From NCBI RefSeq assembly GCF_009914755.1, contig NC_060940.1: a stretch of DNA of 64,000 bases; one strand, 5' to 3'. This DNA comes from the human T2T-CHM13v2.0 reference genome, Homo sapiens. Shown piece after piece: positions 11,801 to 26,600 of this stretch. Within the stretch, counting starts at the first letter, position 1. The number at the start of each line of letters is the position of its first letter. The position numbers were made by a program, and so were the translations under genes. The notes under the pieces are model-generated. The model ran no database searches, was not told where the DNA came from, and worked only from the letters and a program-made list of their open reading frames with translations.

Positions 11801-14800
11801 CCACAGGTTTCCATTCGTGTCCATTCCATTATTCCATTCTATTCCATTTGATGATGATTCCATTCGATTCCATTCATTGGTGATTCCACTCAATTCCATT
11901 CAATGATTCCATTCCATTTCTTTCAACAATGATTCCATTAGTTTCTAATCGATGATCCACTTGATTCCATTTGACGACGATTCCATTCTTGTCAATTCGA
12001 TGATTCCATTTGATTCCATATGATGATGATTCCATTCGATTCCATACCATGATGATTCCATTCGAGTCCATTCAATGGTGATTCCATTCAATTCCATTCG
12101 ATGATTCCTTTCGATTCCATTCGATGATGATGGCATTCGATTCCTTTCAATCATTCCCTTTGATTCCATTCAAAGGTGATTTCATTCAAGTCCATTCGAT
12201 AATTGCATTCGATTCCATTCTATGATGATTCCATTCGAGTCCATTTGATGATTCCATTCAATTCAAGTCAATGATGATTCCATTCGATTCCATTCGATGA
12301 TTCCTTTGGATTCCATTCGATGATGATTCCATTCAAATCCATTCGATAATTCAATTCAAGTCCATTCGATGATGATTCCAATCGAATCCATTCAAAGATT
12401 CCATTCAGTTCCATTCGATGATTCCCTTAGATTCCATTCGATGATTCCACTTGATTGCATTTACGATGATTCCATTCGATTCCATGTGATGATGCCATTC
12501 AATTCTATTCAATGATGTCTCCATTTGATTCCATTCGACCATGATTGCCTTTGATTCCATTCAATGATTCCATTCGGTTCCGTTTGATGATGATTCCGTT
12601 CGATTCCATTTGATGATTCCATTTGATTCCATTGGATGAGTCCATTCGATTACATTCGATGATTATTCCATTCGAGTGCATTAGATGATTCCATTCGAGT
12701 CCATTCGATGATTCCATTCGATTCCATTCGATGTTGATTCTGTTCAAATCCATTCGATGATTCCACTCGATTCCATTCGTTGACTCCATTTGATCCCATT
12801 CGATGATTTCCTTTGATTCCCTTTGATGATCATTCCATTTGATTCAATTCGGTGATTTCATTTGATTCCATTCAGTGATGTTTCCATTCGACTCCATTCG
12901 ATGATGATTCCATTCGACTCCATTCGATTATGATTTCATTCAATTCCATTCGATAATGATTCCCTTCGAGTCCATTCGATGATTCCATTCGATTCCATTC
13001 AACGATGATTTGATTCGTGTCCATTCGATGATTCCATTTGATTCCACTTGATGATGATTCCATTCGAGTCCATTTGATGATTCCATTCAATTCCATACTC
13101 CGATGATTTCTTTTGAGCCCACTCAATGCTTCCACTCGATTCCATATGATGATGACTCCATTCGATGAAATTCGATGATGATTCCATTCGCTTGCTTTCG
13201 ATGATGATTCCACTTGAGTCCGTTAGAAGATTCTATTCAATTACATTCCATGACGATTCCGTTCGAGTCCATTTGATGATTCCATTAGACTCCATTCGAC
13301 GATGATTCCATTCGATGTTATTCGATGATTCCATTCGATCTCATTCGATGATGATTCCATTCAACTCCATTCGATGTTTCCATTCGAGTTCATTCTATTA
13401 TTCCATTAGATTCCATTCGATGATGATTCCATTCGATTCCATTTGATGATTGCATTCTATTTCATTTGATGATGATTCCATTCGAGTCCACTCGATGATT
13501 CCATTCGAGTCCATTTAATGAATCCATTGGTTTCAATTCTATGATGATTACATTGGATTCCATTCGTTGATGATTTCATTCGGTTCCATTCAATGATGAT
13601 TCCATTCAATTCCTTTCAATGTTTCCATTCAATTCCATACGATGATGATTCCATTTGATTTGATTCGACAGTGAGCCATTCGATTCAATCCCATGATGAT
13701 TCTATTTGATTCAATTGGTTGACATTTCCATTCGATTCCATTCGATGATGATTCCCTTTGATTCCGTTCAAAGATGATTCCATTCTAGCCCATTCAATCA
13801 TTCCATTCGATTCTATTCAATGATGATTCCATTCATGTCGATTTGGTGATTCCATTTGACTTCATTTGATGATGATTCCTTTCAAGTTCATTAGATGATT
13901 CCATTCGATTCCATTTGATGATGATCCCATTCGAGTCCATTCAGTGATTCCATTCGTTTCCATTCCATGATGATTCCATTCCTTTCCATTCAATGATTCC
14001 ATTCGATTCCGTTTGATGATGATTTCATTCGAGTCCATTTGATGATTCCATTTGATTCCATTCGATTATGATTCCATTCGAGTCCATTCGATGATTCTAT
14101 TCGAATCCATTTGATGATTTCTTTTGATTATATTTGGTGATGATTCCATTGGAGTCCATTCAATGATTCCATTCTATTCCAATCGATGATGATTCCATTA
14201 GAGTCCATTTAATGATTCCATTTGATTCCAGTCTCTGATGATTACATTCGAGTCCATACGATGATTCCACTCAATTCCATATGATGATGATTCCATTTGA
14301 TTCCATTCGGTGATTCCATTCTATTCTATTCAATGGTGATTCCATTCGAGTACATTAGATGATTCCATTCGATTCCATTCAATGATGATTCTATTTGTGT
14401 CCCTTAGATGATTCCACATGATTCCATTAGATGATGATACTATTTGAGCCCATCCAATGATTCCCTTCGTTTCCATTCGATGAGGATTCCATTCGATTCA
14501 ATTCATTGGTGATTCTATTCAATTCAATTCTTTGATTCCATTCCATTCCATTCGACAATGATTCCATTCGATTTCTTTCGATGATTCCACTCGATTCCAC
14601 TTGACGTTGATTCCATTCGATTCCATTCAATGATTCCATTTGATTCCAGTGGATGATGATTGCCATCGATTCCATTCGATCACTCCATTCTATTCCATTT
14701 GATGATGATTACATTCGATTCCATTTGATGATTCCATCTGATTCTATTCGAGGATTCCATTTGATTCCATTCGATGATGATTCCATTCGAGTCCATTCGA

Positions 14801-17800
14801 TGATTTCATTCGAGTACATCCAATGATTCCATTCGAGTCCATTTGATGATTCCATTTGATTCCATTTGAAAATGTTTCTACTAGAGTCCATTCAATGACT
14901 CCATTCGAGTCCATTCAACAATTCCATTCGACTCCATTCGATGATTCCATTCGATTCTATTTGATGGTTCCATTCGAGTCCATTTAATCATTACAGTCGA
15001 GTCCATTTGGTGATTCCACTGGATTTCTTTTGATAATGATACCATTCAATTACATTTGATGATGATCCCATTCAATTTCATTTGATGATGATTCCATTAG
15101 AGTCCATTCGATGATTTCATTCGAGTCCCTTCATTGATTCCATCCAATTTCATTGGATGATGACTCCATTCGAGTCCATTCGATGATTCCACTCGATTCC
15201 ATTAGATGACTCCATTGGAGTCCATTTGATTGTTCCATTCGATTCCATTCGATTCCTTTCGAAGATTATTCCATTTGAGTCCATTCGATGATGATTCCAT
15301 TCCATTCCATTCGATGATTCCGTTTGATTCCATTCGATGATTCCCTTCGATTCCTTTCTTTGATGATTCCATTCCATTCCATTCAATGATTCCATTCGAA
15401 TCTATTCCATGATGATTCCTTTCGATTCCATTCGCTGATGTTTCCGTTCAATTCCATTCGATGATGATTCCATTCGATTCCATTCATTGAGGATTCCATT
15501 TGATTCCATTCAATGATGATTCCATTCTATTCCATTCAATGATTGCATTCAATTCCATTCAATGATTATCCCATTAGAGTAAACTCAACGATTCCATTCA
15601 ATACCATTCGATGATGATTCCTTTTGAGTCCATTCAATGATTTCATTCAAGTCCATTTGATGATTCCTTTCAATTCCATTCTATGATGATTCCATTCGAG
15701 TCCATTCGATGATTCCATTCGATTGCATTCGATGATTCCATTATATTCCAGTCAACGATGATTCCATTCGAGTCCATTCAATGATTCCATTAGAGTACAT
15801 TTAATGATTGCTTTGTTTTCAATTCGAAGATGATTACATTGGATTCCATTCTATGATACCATTCGATTCCATTCAATGATGATTCCACTCAAATCCATTG
15901 GATGATTCCATTCGTGTCCATTCGGTGATTTCATTAGATTCCATTCGAGGATGATTCCATTCGATTCCATTCGATGATTCCATTCAATTCCATTCGATGA
16001 TGATTCCATTCCAGTCCATATGATCATTCCATTTGATTTCATTCGATGATGATTCCATTCAATTCGATTCGACGATTCCATTCTATTCCATTCGATGATG
16101 ATTCCATTCGAGTCCATTCGATGATTCCATTCGAGTCCATTTAATGATTCCATTGGGTTCAATTCAATGATGATTACATTGGATTCCGTTCTATGATTCC
16201 ATTCAATTCCGTTCATTGACAATTTGATTCCATTCGATGATGATTCCATTTGAGTTCATTCGATGATTCTATTCGATTCTCTTCGATGGTGATTCAATTC
16301 TATTATATTGGATGATTCCATTCGATTCCATTTGATGTTGATTCAATTCGATTCTATTCGATGATGATTCCATTGGATTTCACTTGATGATTCTATTCGA
16401 TTCCATTCAATGATGATTCACTTCTCGTCCATTGGATGATTCCATTTCATTCCATTCGATGATGATTCCATTCGATTCCATTCGATGATTCCATTTGATT
16501 CCATGCGACGGTGAGCAATTCGATTCAATTCCATGATGATTCTATTTGATTCAATTAGATGATGTTTCCATTCGAATCCATTCCATGATTATTCCATTGG
16601 AATCCATTCGGCGATGATTCCATATGAGTCAATTCAATGATGATTCCATATGGGTCCGTTCGATGATAATTCCATTTGATTTCATTCGATGCTTCTATTC
16701 TATTCCAGTCGATGATGATTCCGTTGGAGTCCATACGATGATTCCATTTGATTTCATTTGATGATGATTCCATTCGATGATGATTACATTGGATTCCATT
16801 CTATGATTCCATTCAATTCCATTCGTTGATGATTCGATTCCATTCAATGATGATTCCATTTGAGTTCATTCGATGATTCTATTCGATTCCGTTCGATGGT
16901 GATTCAATTCTATTATATTGGATGATTCCACTCGATTCCATTTGATGATTATTCCATTGGAGTCCACTTAGTGAATCCTTTAGATTCTACTCGACGATGA
17001 TTCCATTCGAGTCCATTCGATGATACCATTCAATTCCATTCGTTGATGCTTCCATTCAAGTGCATTCGATGATATCATTCGATTCCATTTGATGATAATT
17101 CCATTTGATTCCGTGCGATGATTCTATTCGATTCCATTCAATGATAATTCCATTCAATTCAGTGATTCCTCTGGACTCCATTTGATGATGATTCCATTCA
17201 ATGATTCCATTCGATTCTATTCGAAAATGATTCCATTTGAATCCATTTGATGATGATTCCATTAGATTCCATTTGATGATTCCATTCGATTCCATTCGAC
17301 GATGATTCCATTCGATTCCGTTTGATGATTCCATTCTATTCTATTCGATGATGATTCCATTCGATTCCATTCGATGATGATTGGATTCGATTCCATTTGA
17401 TGATTTCATTTGATTCCATTCGTTAATGATTTCGATCAATTCCATTCGATGATTCCATTCGATTCCATTCGATAATGATTACATCCGAGTCCATTCGATG
17501 ATTCCCTTTGAGCCTGTTCGATAATTCCATTTGAGTCCAACCAATGATTCCATTCATTTCCATTCAATGATTCCATTCGAGTCCATTTGATCATTCCGGT
17601 AGGGTCCATTCGATGTTGATTCCATTGGAGTGCATTCGATGATTCCATTCGAGTCCATTTTAGGATTTGATTCGAGTCCTTTCGATGATTCCATTCGATT
17701 CCACTCGATGATGATTTCATTCGAGTCCATTCGACACTTCCAATCGATTCCATTTGATGATTCCATTCGAGTCCAATTGATGATTCCATTCAATTCCATT

Positions 17801-17912
17801 CGATGATGATTCCGTACGATTCCATTCTGTGATGATTCCATGTGATTGCATTCAATGATGATTCCTTTCGATTGCATTCGATTATGATTCATTTCGTGTT
17901 CATTCTATGGTT
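11801..17912 (+). repeat. HOR copy U3, 6112 bp, long form
   Basis: Landmarks at 11801 and 17913. 374 bp segment present at 13592-13965. Confidence 0.95.
13592..13965 (+). repeat. 374 bp presence/absence segment that distinguishes long from short HOR (U3 copy shown)
   Basis: Flanked by the direct microhomology TTCCATTC (13584-13591 and 13958-13965). Contains the landmarks GACAGTGAGCC, GGTTGACATTT, CTAGCCC and CATGTCG, which are absent from U2, U4, U5 and U7. Confidence 0.93.
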
Positions 17913-20900
17913 CCACAGGTTTCCATTCGTGTCCATTCCATTATTCCATTCTATTCCATTTGATGATGATTCCATTCGATTCCATTCATTGGTGATTCCA
18001 CTCAATTCCATTCAATGATTCCATTCCATTTCTTTCAACAATGATTCCATTAGTTTCTAATCGATGATCCACTTGATTCCATTTGACGACGATTCCATTC
18101 TTGTCCATTCGATGATTCCATTTGATTCCATATGATGATGATTCCATTCGATTCCATACCATGATGATTCCATTCGAGTCCATTCAATGGTGATTCCATT
18201 CAATTCCATTCGATGATTCCTTTTGATTCCATTCGATGATGATGGCATTCGATTCCTTTCAATCATTCCCTTTGATTCCATTCAAAGGTGATTTCATTCA
18301 AGTCCATTCGATAATTGCATTCGATTCCATTCTATGATGATTCCATTCGAGTCCATTTGATGATTCCATTCAATTCAAGTCAATGATGATTCCATTCGAT
18401 TCCATTCGATGATTCCATTGGATTCCATTCGATGATGATTCCATTCAAATCCATTCGATAATTCAATTCAAGTCCATTCGATGATGATTCCAATCGAATC
18501 CATTCAAAGATTCCATTCAGTTCCATTCGATGATTCCCTTAGATTCCATTCGATGATTCCACTTGATTGCATTTACGATGATTCCATTCGATTCCATGTG
18601 ATGATTCCATTCAATTCTATTCAATGATGTCTCCATTTGATTCCATTCGACCATGATTGCCTTTGATTCCATTCAATGATTCCATTCGGTTCCGTTTGAT
18701 GATGATTCCGTTCGATTCCATTTGATGATTCCATTTGATTCCATTGGATGAGTCCATTCGATTACATTCGATGATTATTCCATTCGAGTGCATTAGATGA
18801 TTCCATTCGAGTCCATTCGATGATTCCATTCGATTCCATTCGATGTTGATTCTGTTCAAATCCATTCGATGATTCCACTCGATTCCATTCGTTGACTCCA
18901 TTTGATCCCATTCGATGATTTCCTTTGATTCCCTTTGATGATCATTCCATTTGATTCAATTCGGTGATTTCATTTGATTCCATTCAGTGATGTTTCCATT
19001 CGACTCCATTCGATGATGATTCCATTCGACTCCATTCGATTATGATTTCATTCAATTCCATTCGATAATGATTCCCTTCGAGTCCATTCGATGATTCCAT
19101 TCGATTCCATTCAACGATGATTTGATTCGTGTCCATTCGATGATTCCATTTGATTCCACTTGATGATGATTCCATTCGAGTCCATTTGATGATTCCATTC
19201 AATTCCATACTCCGATGATTTCTTTTGAGCCCACTCAATGCTTCCACTCGATTCCATATGATGATGACTCCATTCGATGAAATTCGATGATGATTCCATT
19301 CGCTTGCTTTCGATGATGATTCCACTTGAGTCCGTTAGAAGATTCTATTCAATTACATTCCATGACGATTCCGTTCGAGTCCATTTGATGATTCCATTAG
19401 ACTCCATTCGACGATGATTCCATTCGATGTTATTCGATGATTCCATTCGATCTCATTCGATGATGATTCCATTCAACTCCATTCGATGTTTCCATTCGAG
19501 TTCATTCTATTATTCCATTAGATTCCATTCGATGATGATTCCATTCGATTCCATTTGATGATTGCATTCTATTTCATTTGATGATGATTCCATTCGAGTC
19601 CACTCGATGATTCCATTCGAGTCCATTTAATGAATCCATTGGTTTCAATTCTATGATGATTACATTGGATTCCATTCGTTGATGATTTCATTCGGTTCCA
19701 TTCCATGATGATTCCATTCCTTTCCATTCAATGATTCCATTCGATTCCGTTTGATGATGATTTCATTCGAGTCCATTTGATGATTCCATTTGATTTCTTT
19801 CGATGATGATTCCATTCGAGTCCATTCGATGATTCTATTCGAATCCATTTGATGATTTCTTTTGATTATATTTGGTGATGATTCCATTGGAGTCCATTCA
19901 ATGATTCCATTCTATTCCAATCGATGATGATTCCATTAGAGTCCATTTAATGATTCCATTTGATTCCAGTCTCTGATGATTACATTCGAGTCCATACGAT
20001 GATTCCACTCAATTCCATATGATGATGATTCCATTTGATTCCATTCGGTGATTCCGTTCTATTCTATTCAATGGTGATTCCATTCGAGTACATTAGATGA
20101 TTCCATTCGATTCCATTCATTGATGATTCTATTTGTGTCCCTTAGATGATTCCACATGATTCCATTAGATGATGATACTATTTGAGCCCATCCAATGATT
20201 CCCTTCGATTCCATTCGATGAGGATTCCATTTGATTCAATTCATTGGTGATTCTATTCAATTCAATTCTTTGATTCCATTCCATTCCATTCGACAATGAT
20301 TCCATTCGATTTCTTTCGATGATTCCACTCGATTCCACTTGACATTGATTCCATTCGATTCCATTCAATGATTCCATTTGATTCCAGTGGATGATGATTG
20401 CCATCGATTCCATTCGATCACTCCATTCTATTCCATTTGATGATGATTACATTCGATTCCATTTGATGATTCCATCTGATTCTATTCGAGGATTCCATTT
20501 GATTCCATTCGATGATGATTCCATTCGAGTCCATTCGATGATTTCATTCGAGTACATCCAATGATTCCATTCGAGTCCATTAGATGATTCCATTTGATTC
20601 CATTTGAAAATGATTCTACTAGAGTCCATTCAATGACTCCATTCGAGTCCATTCAACAATTCCATTCGACTCCATTCGATGATTCCATTCGATTCCATTT
20701 GATGGTTCCATTTGAGTCCATTTAATCATTACAGTCGAGTCCATTTGGTGATTCCACTGGATTTCTTTTGATAATGATACCATTCAATTACATTTGATGA
20801 TGATCCCATTCAATTTCATTTGATGATGATTCCATTAGAGTCCATTCGATGATTTCATTCGAGTCCCTTCATTGATTCCATCCGATTTCATTGGATGATG

Positions 20901-23650
20901 ACTCCATTCGAGTCCATTCGATGATTCCACTCGATTCCATTAGATGACTCCATTGGAGTCCATTTGATTGTTCCATTCGATTCCATTTGATTCCTTTCGA
21001 AGATTATTCCATTTGAGTCCATTCGATGATGATTCCATTCCATTCCATTCCATGATTCCGTTTGATTCCATTCGATGATTCCCTTCGATTCCTTTCTTTG
21101 ATGATTCCATTCCATTCCATTCAATGATTCCATTCGAATCTATTCCATGATGATTCCTTTCGATTCCATTCGCTGATGTTTCCGTTCAATTCCATTCGAT
21201 GATGATTCCATTCGATTCCATTCATTGAGGATTCCATTTGATTCCATTCAATGATGATTCCATTCTATTCCATTCAATGATTGCATTCAATTCCATTCAA
21301 TGATTATCCCATTAGAGTAAACTCAACGATTCCATTCAATATCATTCGATGATGATTCTTTTTGAGTCCATTCAATGATTTCATTCAAGTCCATTTGATG
21401 ATTCCTTTCAATTCCATTCTATGATGATTCCATTCGAGTCCATTCGATGATTCCATTCGATTGCATTCGATGATTCCAATATATTCCATTCAACGATGAT
21501 TCCATTCGAGTCCGTTCCATGATTCCATTAGAGTACATTTAATGATTGCTTTGTTTTCAATTCGAAGATGATTACATTGGATTCCATTCTATGATACCAT
21601 TCGATTCCATTCAATGATGATTCCACTCAAATCCATTGGATGATTCCATTCGTGTCCATTCGGTGATTTCATTAGATTCCATTCGAGGATGATTCCATTC
21701 GATTCCATTCGATGATTCCATTCAATTCCATTCGATGATGATTCCATTCCAGTCCATATGATCATTCCATTTGATTTCATTCGATGATGATTCCATTCGA
21801 TTCCATTCGACGATTCCATTCTATTCCATTCAATGATGATTCCATTCGAGTCCATTCGATGATTCCATTCGAGTCCATTTAATGATTCCATTGGGTTCAA
21901 TTCAATGATGATTACATTGGATTCCGTTCTATGATTCCATTCAATTCCGTTCATTGACAATTTGATTCCATTCGATGATGATTCCATTTGAGTTCATTCG
22001 ATGATTCTATTCGATTCTCTTCGATGGTGATTCAATTCTATTATATTGGATGATTCCATTCGATTCCATTTGATGTTGATTCAATTCGATTCTATTCGAT
22101 GATGATTCCATTGGATTTCACTTGATGATTCTATTCGATTCCATTCAATGATGATTCACTTCTCGTCCATTGGATGATTCCATTTCATTCCATTCGATGA
22201 TGATTCCATTCGATTCCATTCGATGATTCCATTTGATTCCATGCGACGGTGAGCAATTCGATTCAATTCCATGATGATTCTATTTGATTCAATTAGATGA
22301 TGTTTCCATTCGAATCCATTCCATGATTATTCCATTGGAATCCATTCGGCGATGATTCCATATGAGTCAATTCAATGATGATTCCATATGGGTCCGTTCG
22401 ATGATAATTCCATTTGATTTCATTCGATGCTTCTATTCTATTCCAGTCGATGATGATTCCGTTGGAGTCCATACGATGATTCCATTTGATTTCATTTGAT
22501 GATGATTCCATTCGATGATGATTACATTGGATTCCATTCTATGATTCCATTCAATTCCATTCGTTGATGATTCGATTCCATTCAATGATGATTCCATTTG
22601 AGTTCATTCGATGATTCTATTCGATTCCGTTCGATGGTGATTCAATTCTATTATATTGGATGATTCCACTCGATTCCATTTGATGATTATTCCATTGGAG
22701 TCCACTTAGTGAATCCTTTAGATTCTACTCGACGATGATTCCATTCGAGTCCATTCGATGATACCATTCAATTCCATTCGTTGATGCTTCCATTCAAGTG
22801 CATTCGATGATATCATTCGATTCCATTTGATGATAATTCCATTTGATTCCGTGCGATGATTCTATTCGATTCCATTCAATGATAATTCCATTCAATTCAG
22901 TGATTCCTCTGGACTCCATTTGATGATGATTCCATTCAATGATTCCATTCGATTCTATTCGAAAATGATTCCATTTGAATCCATTTGATGATGATTCCAT
23001 TAGATTCCATTTGATGATTCCATTCGATTCCATTCGACGATGATTCCATTCGATTCCGTTTGATGATTCCATTCTATTCTATTCGATGATGATTCCATTC
23101 GATTCCATTCGATGATGATTGGATTCGATTCCATTTGATGATTTCATTTGATTCCATTCGTTAATGATTTCGATCAATTCCATTCGATGATTCCATTCGA
23201 TTCCATTCGATAATGATTACATCCGAGTCCATTCGATGATTCCCTTTGAGCCTGTTCGATAATTCCATTTGAGTCCAACCAATGATTCCATTCATTTCCA
23301 TTCAATGATTCCATTCGAGTCCATTTGATCATTCCGGTAGGGTCCATTCGATGTTGATTCCATTGGAGTGCATTCGATGATTCCATTCGAGTCCATTTTA
23401 GGATTTGATTCGAGTCCTTTCGATGATTCCATTCGATTCCACTCGATGATGATTTCATTCGAGTCCATTCGACACTTCCAATCGATTCCATTTGATGATT
23501 CCATTCGAGTCCAATTGATGATTCCATTCAATTCCATTCGATGATGATTCCGTACGATTCCATTCTGTGATGATTCCATGTGATTGCATTCAATGATGAT
23601 TCCTTTCGATTGCATTCGATTATGATTCATTTCGTGTTCATTCTATGGTT
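17913..23650 (+). repeat. HOR copy U4, 5738 bp, short form
   Basis: Landmarks at 17913 and 23651. Deletion junction at 19696-19703. Confidence 0.95.
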
Positions 23651-26600
23651 CCACAGGTTTCCATTCGTGTCCATTCCATTATTCCATTCTATTCCATTTG
23701 ATGATGATTCCATTCGATTCCATTCATTGGTGATTCCACTCAATTCCATTCAATGATTCCATTCCATTTCTTTCAACAATGATTCCATTAGTTTCTAATC
23801 GATGATCCACTTGATTCCATTTGACGACGATTCCATTCTTGTCCATTCGATGATTCCATTTGATTCCATATGATGATGATTCCATTCGATTCCATACCAT
23901 GATGATTCCATTCGAGTCCATTCAATGGTGATTCCATTCAATTCCATTCGATGATTCCTTTTGATTCCATTCGATGATGATGGCATTCGATTCCTTTCAA
24001 TCATTCCCTTTGATTCCATTCAAAGGTGATTTCATTCAAGTCCATTCGATAATTGCATTCGATTCCATTCTATGATGATTCCATTCGAGTCCATTTGATG
24101 ATTCCATTCAATTCAAGTCAATGATGATTCCATTCGATTCCATTCGATGATTCCATTGGATTCCATTCGATGATGATTCCATTCAAATCCATTCGATAAT
24201 TCAATTCAAGTCCATTCGATGATGATTCCAATCGAATCCATTCAAAGATTCCATTCAGTTCCATTCGATGATTCCCTTAGATTCCATTCGATGATTCCAC
24301 TTGATTGCATTTACGATGATTCCATTCGATTCCATGTGATGATTCCATTCAATTCTATTCAATGATGTCTCCATTTGATTCCATTCGACCATGATTGCCT
24401 TTGATTCCATTCAATGATTCCATTCGGTTCCGTTTGATGATGATTCCGTTCGATTCCATTTGATGATTCCATTTGATTCCATTGGATGAGTCCATTCGAT
24501 TACATTCGATGATTATTCCATTCGAGTGCATTAGATGATTCCATTCGAGTCCATTCGATGATTCCATTCGATTCCATTCGATGTTGATTCTGTTCAAATC
24601 CATTCGATGATTCCACTCGATTCCATTCGTTGACTCCATTTGATCCCATTCGATGATTTCCTTTGATTCCCTTTGATGATCATTCCATTTGATTCAATTC
24701 GGTGATTTCATTTGATTCCATTCAGTGATGTTTCCATTCGACTCCATTCGATGATGATTCCATTCGACTCCATTCGATTATGATTTCATTCAATTCCATT
24801 CGATAATGATTCCCTTCGAGTCCATTCGATGATTCCATTCGATTCCATTCAACGATGATTTGATTCGTGTCCATTCGATGATTCCATTTGATTCCACTTG
24901 ATGATGATTCCATTCGAGTCCATTTGATGATTCCATTCAATTCCATACTCCGATGATTTCTTTTGAGCCCACTCAATGCTTCCACTCGATTCCATATGAT
25001 GATGACTCCATTCGATGAAATTCGATGATGATTCCATTCGCTTGCTTTCGATGATGATTCCACTTGAGTCCGTTAGAAGATTCTATTCAATTACATTCCA
25101 GGACGATTCCGTTCGAGTCCATTTGATGATTCCATTAGACTCCATTCGACGATGATTCCATTCGATGTTATTCGATGATTCCATTCGATCTCATTCGATG
25201 ATGATTCCATTCAACTCCATTCGATGTTTCCATTCGAGTTCATTCTATTATTCCATTAGATTCCATTCGATGATGATTCCATTCGATTCCATTTGATGAT
25301 TGCATTCTATTTCATTTGATGATGATTCCATTCGAGTCCACTCGATGATTCCATTCGAGTCCATTTAATGAATCCATTGGTTTCAATTCTATGATGATTA
25401 CATTGGATTCCATTCGTTGATGATTTCATTCGGTTCCATTCCATGATGATTCCATTCCTTTCCATTCAATGATTCCATTCGATTCCGTTTGATGATGATT
25501 TCATTCGAGTCCATTTGATGATTCCATTTGATTTCTTTCGATGATGATTCCATTCGAGTCCATTCGATGATTCTATTCGAATCCATTTGATGATTTCTTT
25601 TGATTATATTTGGTGATGATTCCATTGGAGTCCATTCAATGATTCCATTCTATTCCAATCGATGATGATTCCATTAGAGTCCATTTAATGATTCCATTTG
25701 ATTCCAGTCTCTGATGATTACATTCGAGTCCATACGATGATTCCACTCAATTCCATATGATGATGATTCCATTTGATTCCATTCGGTGATTCCGTTCTAT
25801 TCTATTCAATGGTGATTCCATTCGAGTACATTAGATGATTCCATTCGATTCCATTCATTGATGATTCTATTTGTGTCCCTTAGATGATTCCACATGATTC
25901 CATTAGATGATGATACTATTTGAGCCCATCCAATGATTCCCTTCGATTCCATTCGATGAGGATTCCATTCGATTCAATTCATTGGTGATTCTATTCAATT
26001 CAATTCTTTGATTCCATTCCATTCCATTCGACAATGATTCCATTCGATTTCTTTCGATGATTCCACTCGATTCCACTTGACATTGATTCCATTCGATTCC
26101 ATTCAATGATTCCATTTGATTCCAGTGGATGATGATTGCCATCGATTCCATTCGATCACTCCATTCTATTCCATTTGATGATGATTACATTCGATTCCAT
26201 TTGATGATTCCATCTGATTCTATTCGAGGATTCCATTTGATTCCATTCGATGATGATTCCATTCGAGTCCATTCGATGATTTCATTCGAGTACATCCAAT
26301 GATTCCATTCGAGTCCATTAGATGATTCCATTTGATTCCATTTGAAAATGATTCTACTAGAGTCCATTCAATGACTCCATTCGAGTCCATTCAACAATTC
26401 CATTCGACTCCATTCGATGATTCCATTCGATTCCATTTGATGGTTCCATTTGAGTCCATTTAATCATTACAGTCGAGTCCATTTGGTGATTCCACTGGAT
26501 TTCTTTTGATAATGATACCATTCAATTACATTTGATGATGATCCCATTCAATTTCATTTGATGATGATTCCATTAGAGTCCATTCGATGATTTCATTCGA

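Noticed and set aside
13592-13965. 374 bp segment as a mobile element with target-site duplication
   Set aside because: The segment is itself HSat2 sequence with no terminal repeats or poly(A). The flanking TTCCATTC is the ubiquitous monomer core, and divergent U1 also contains the segment, which favours deletion.
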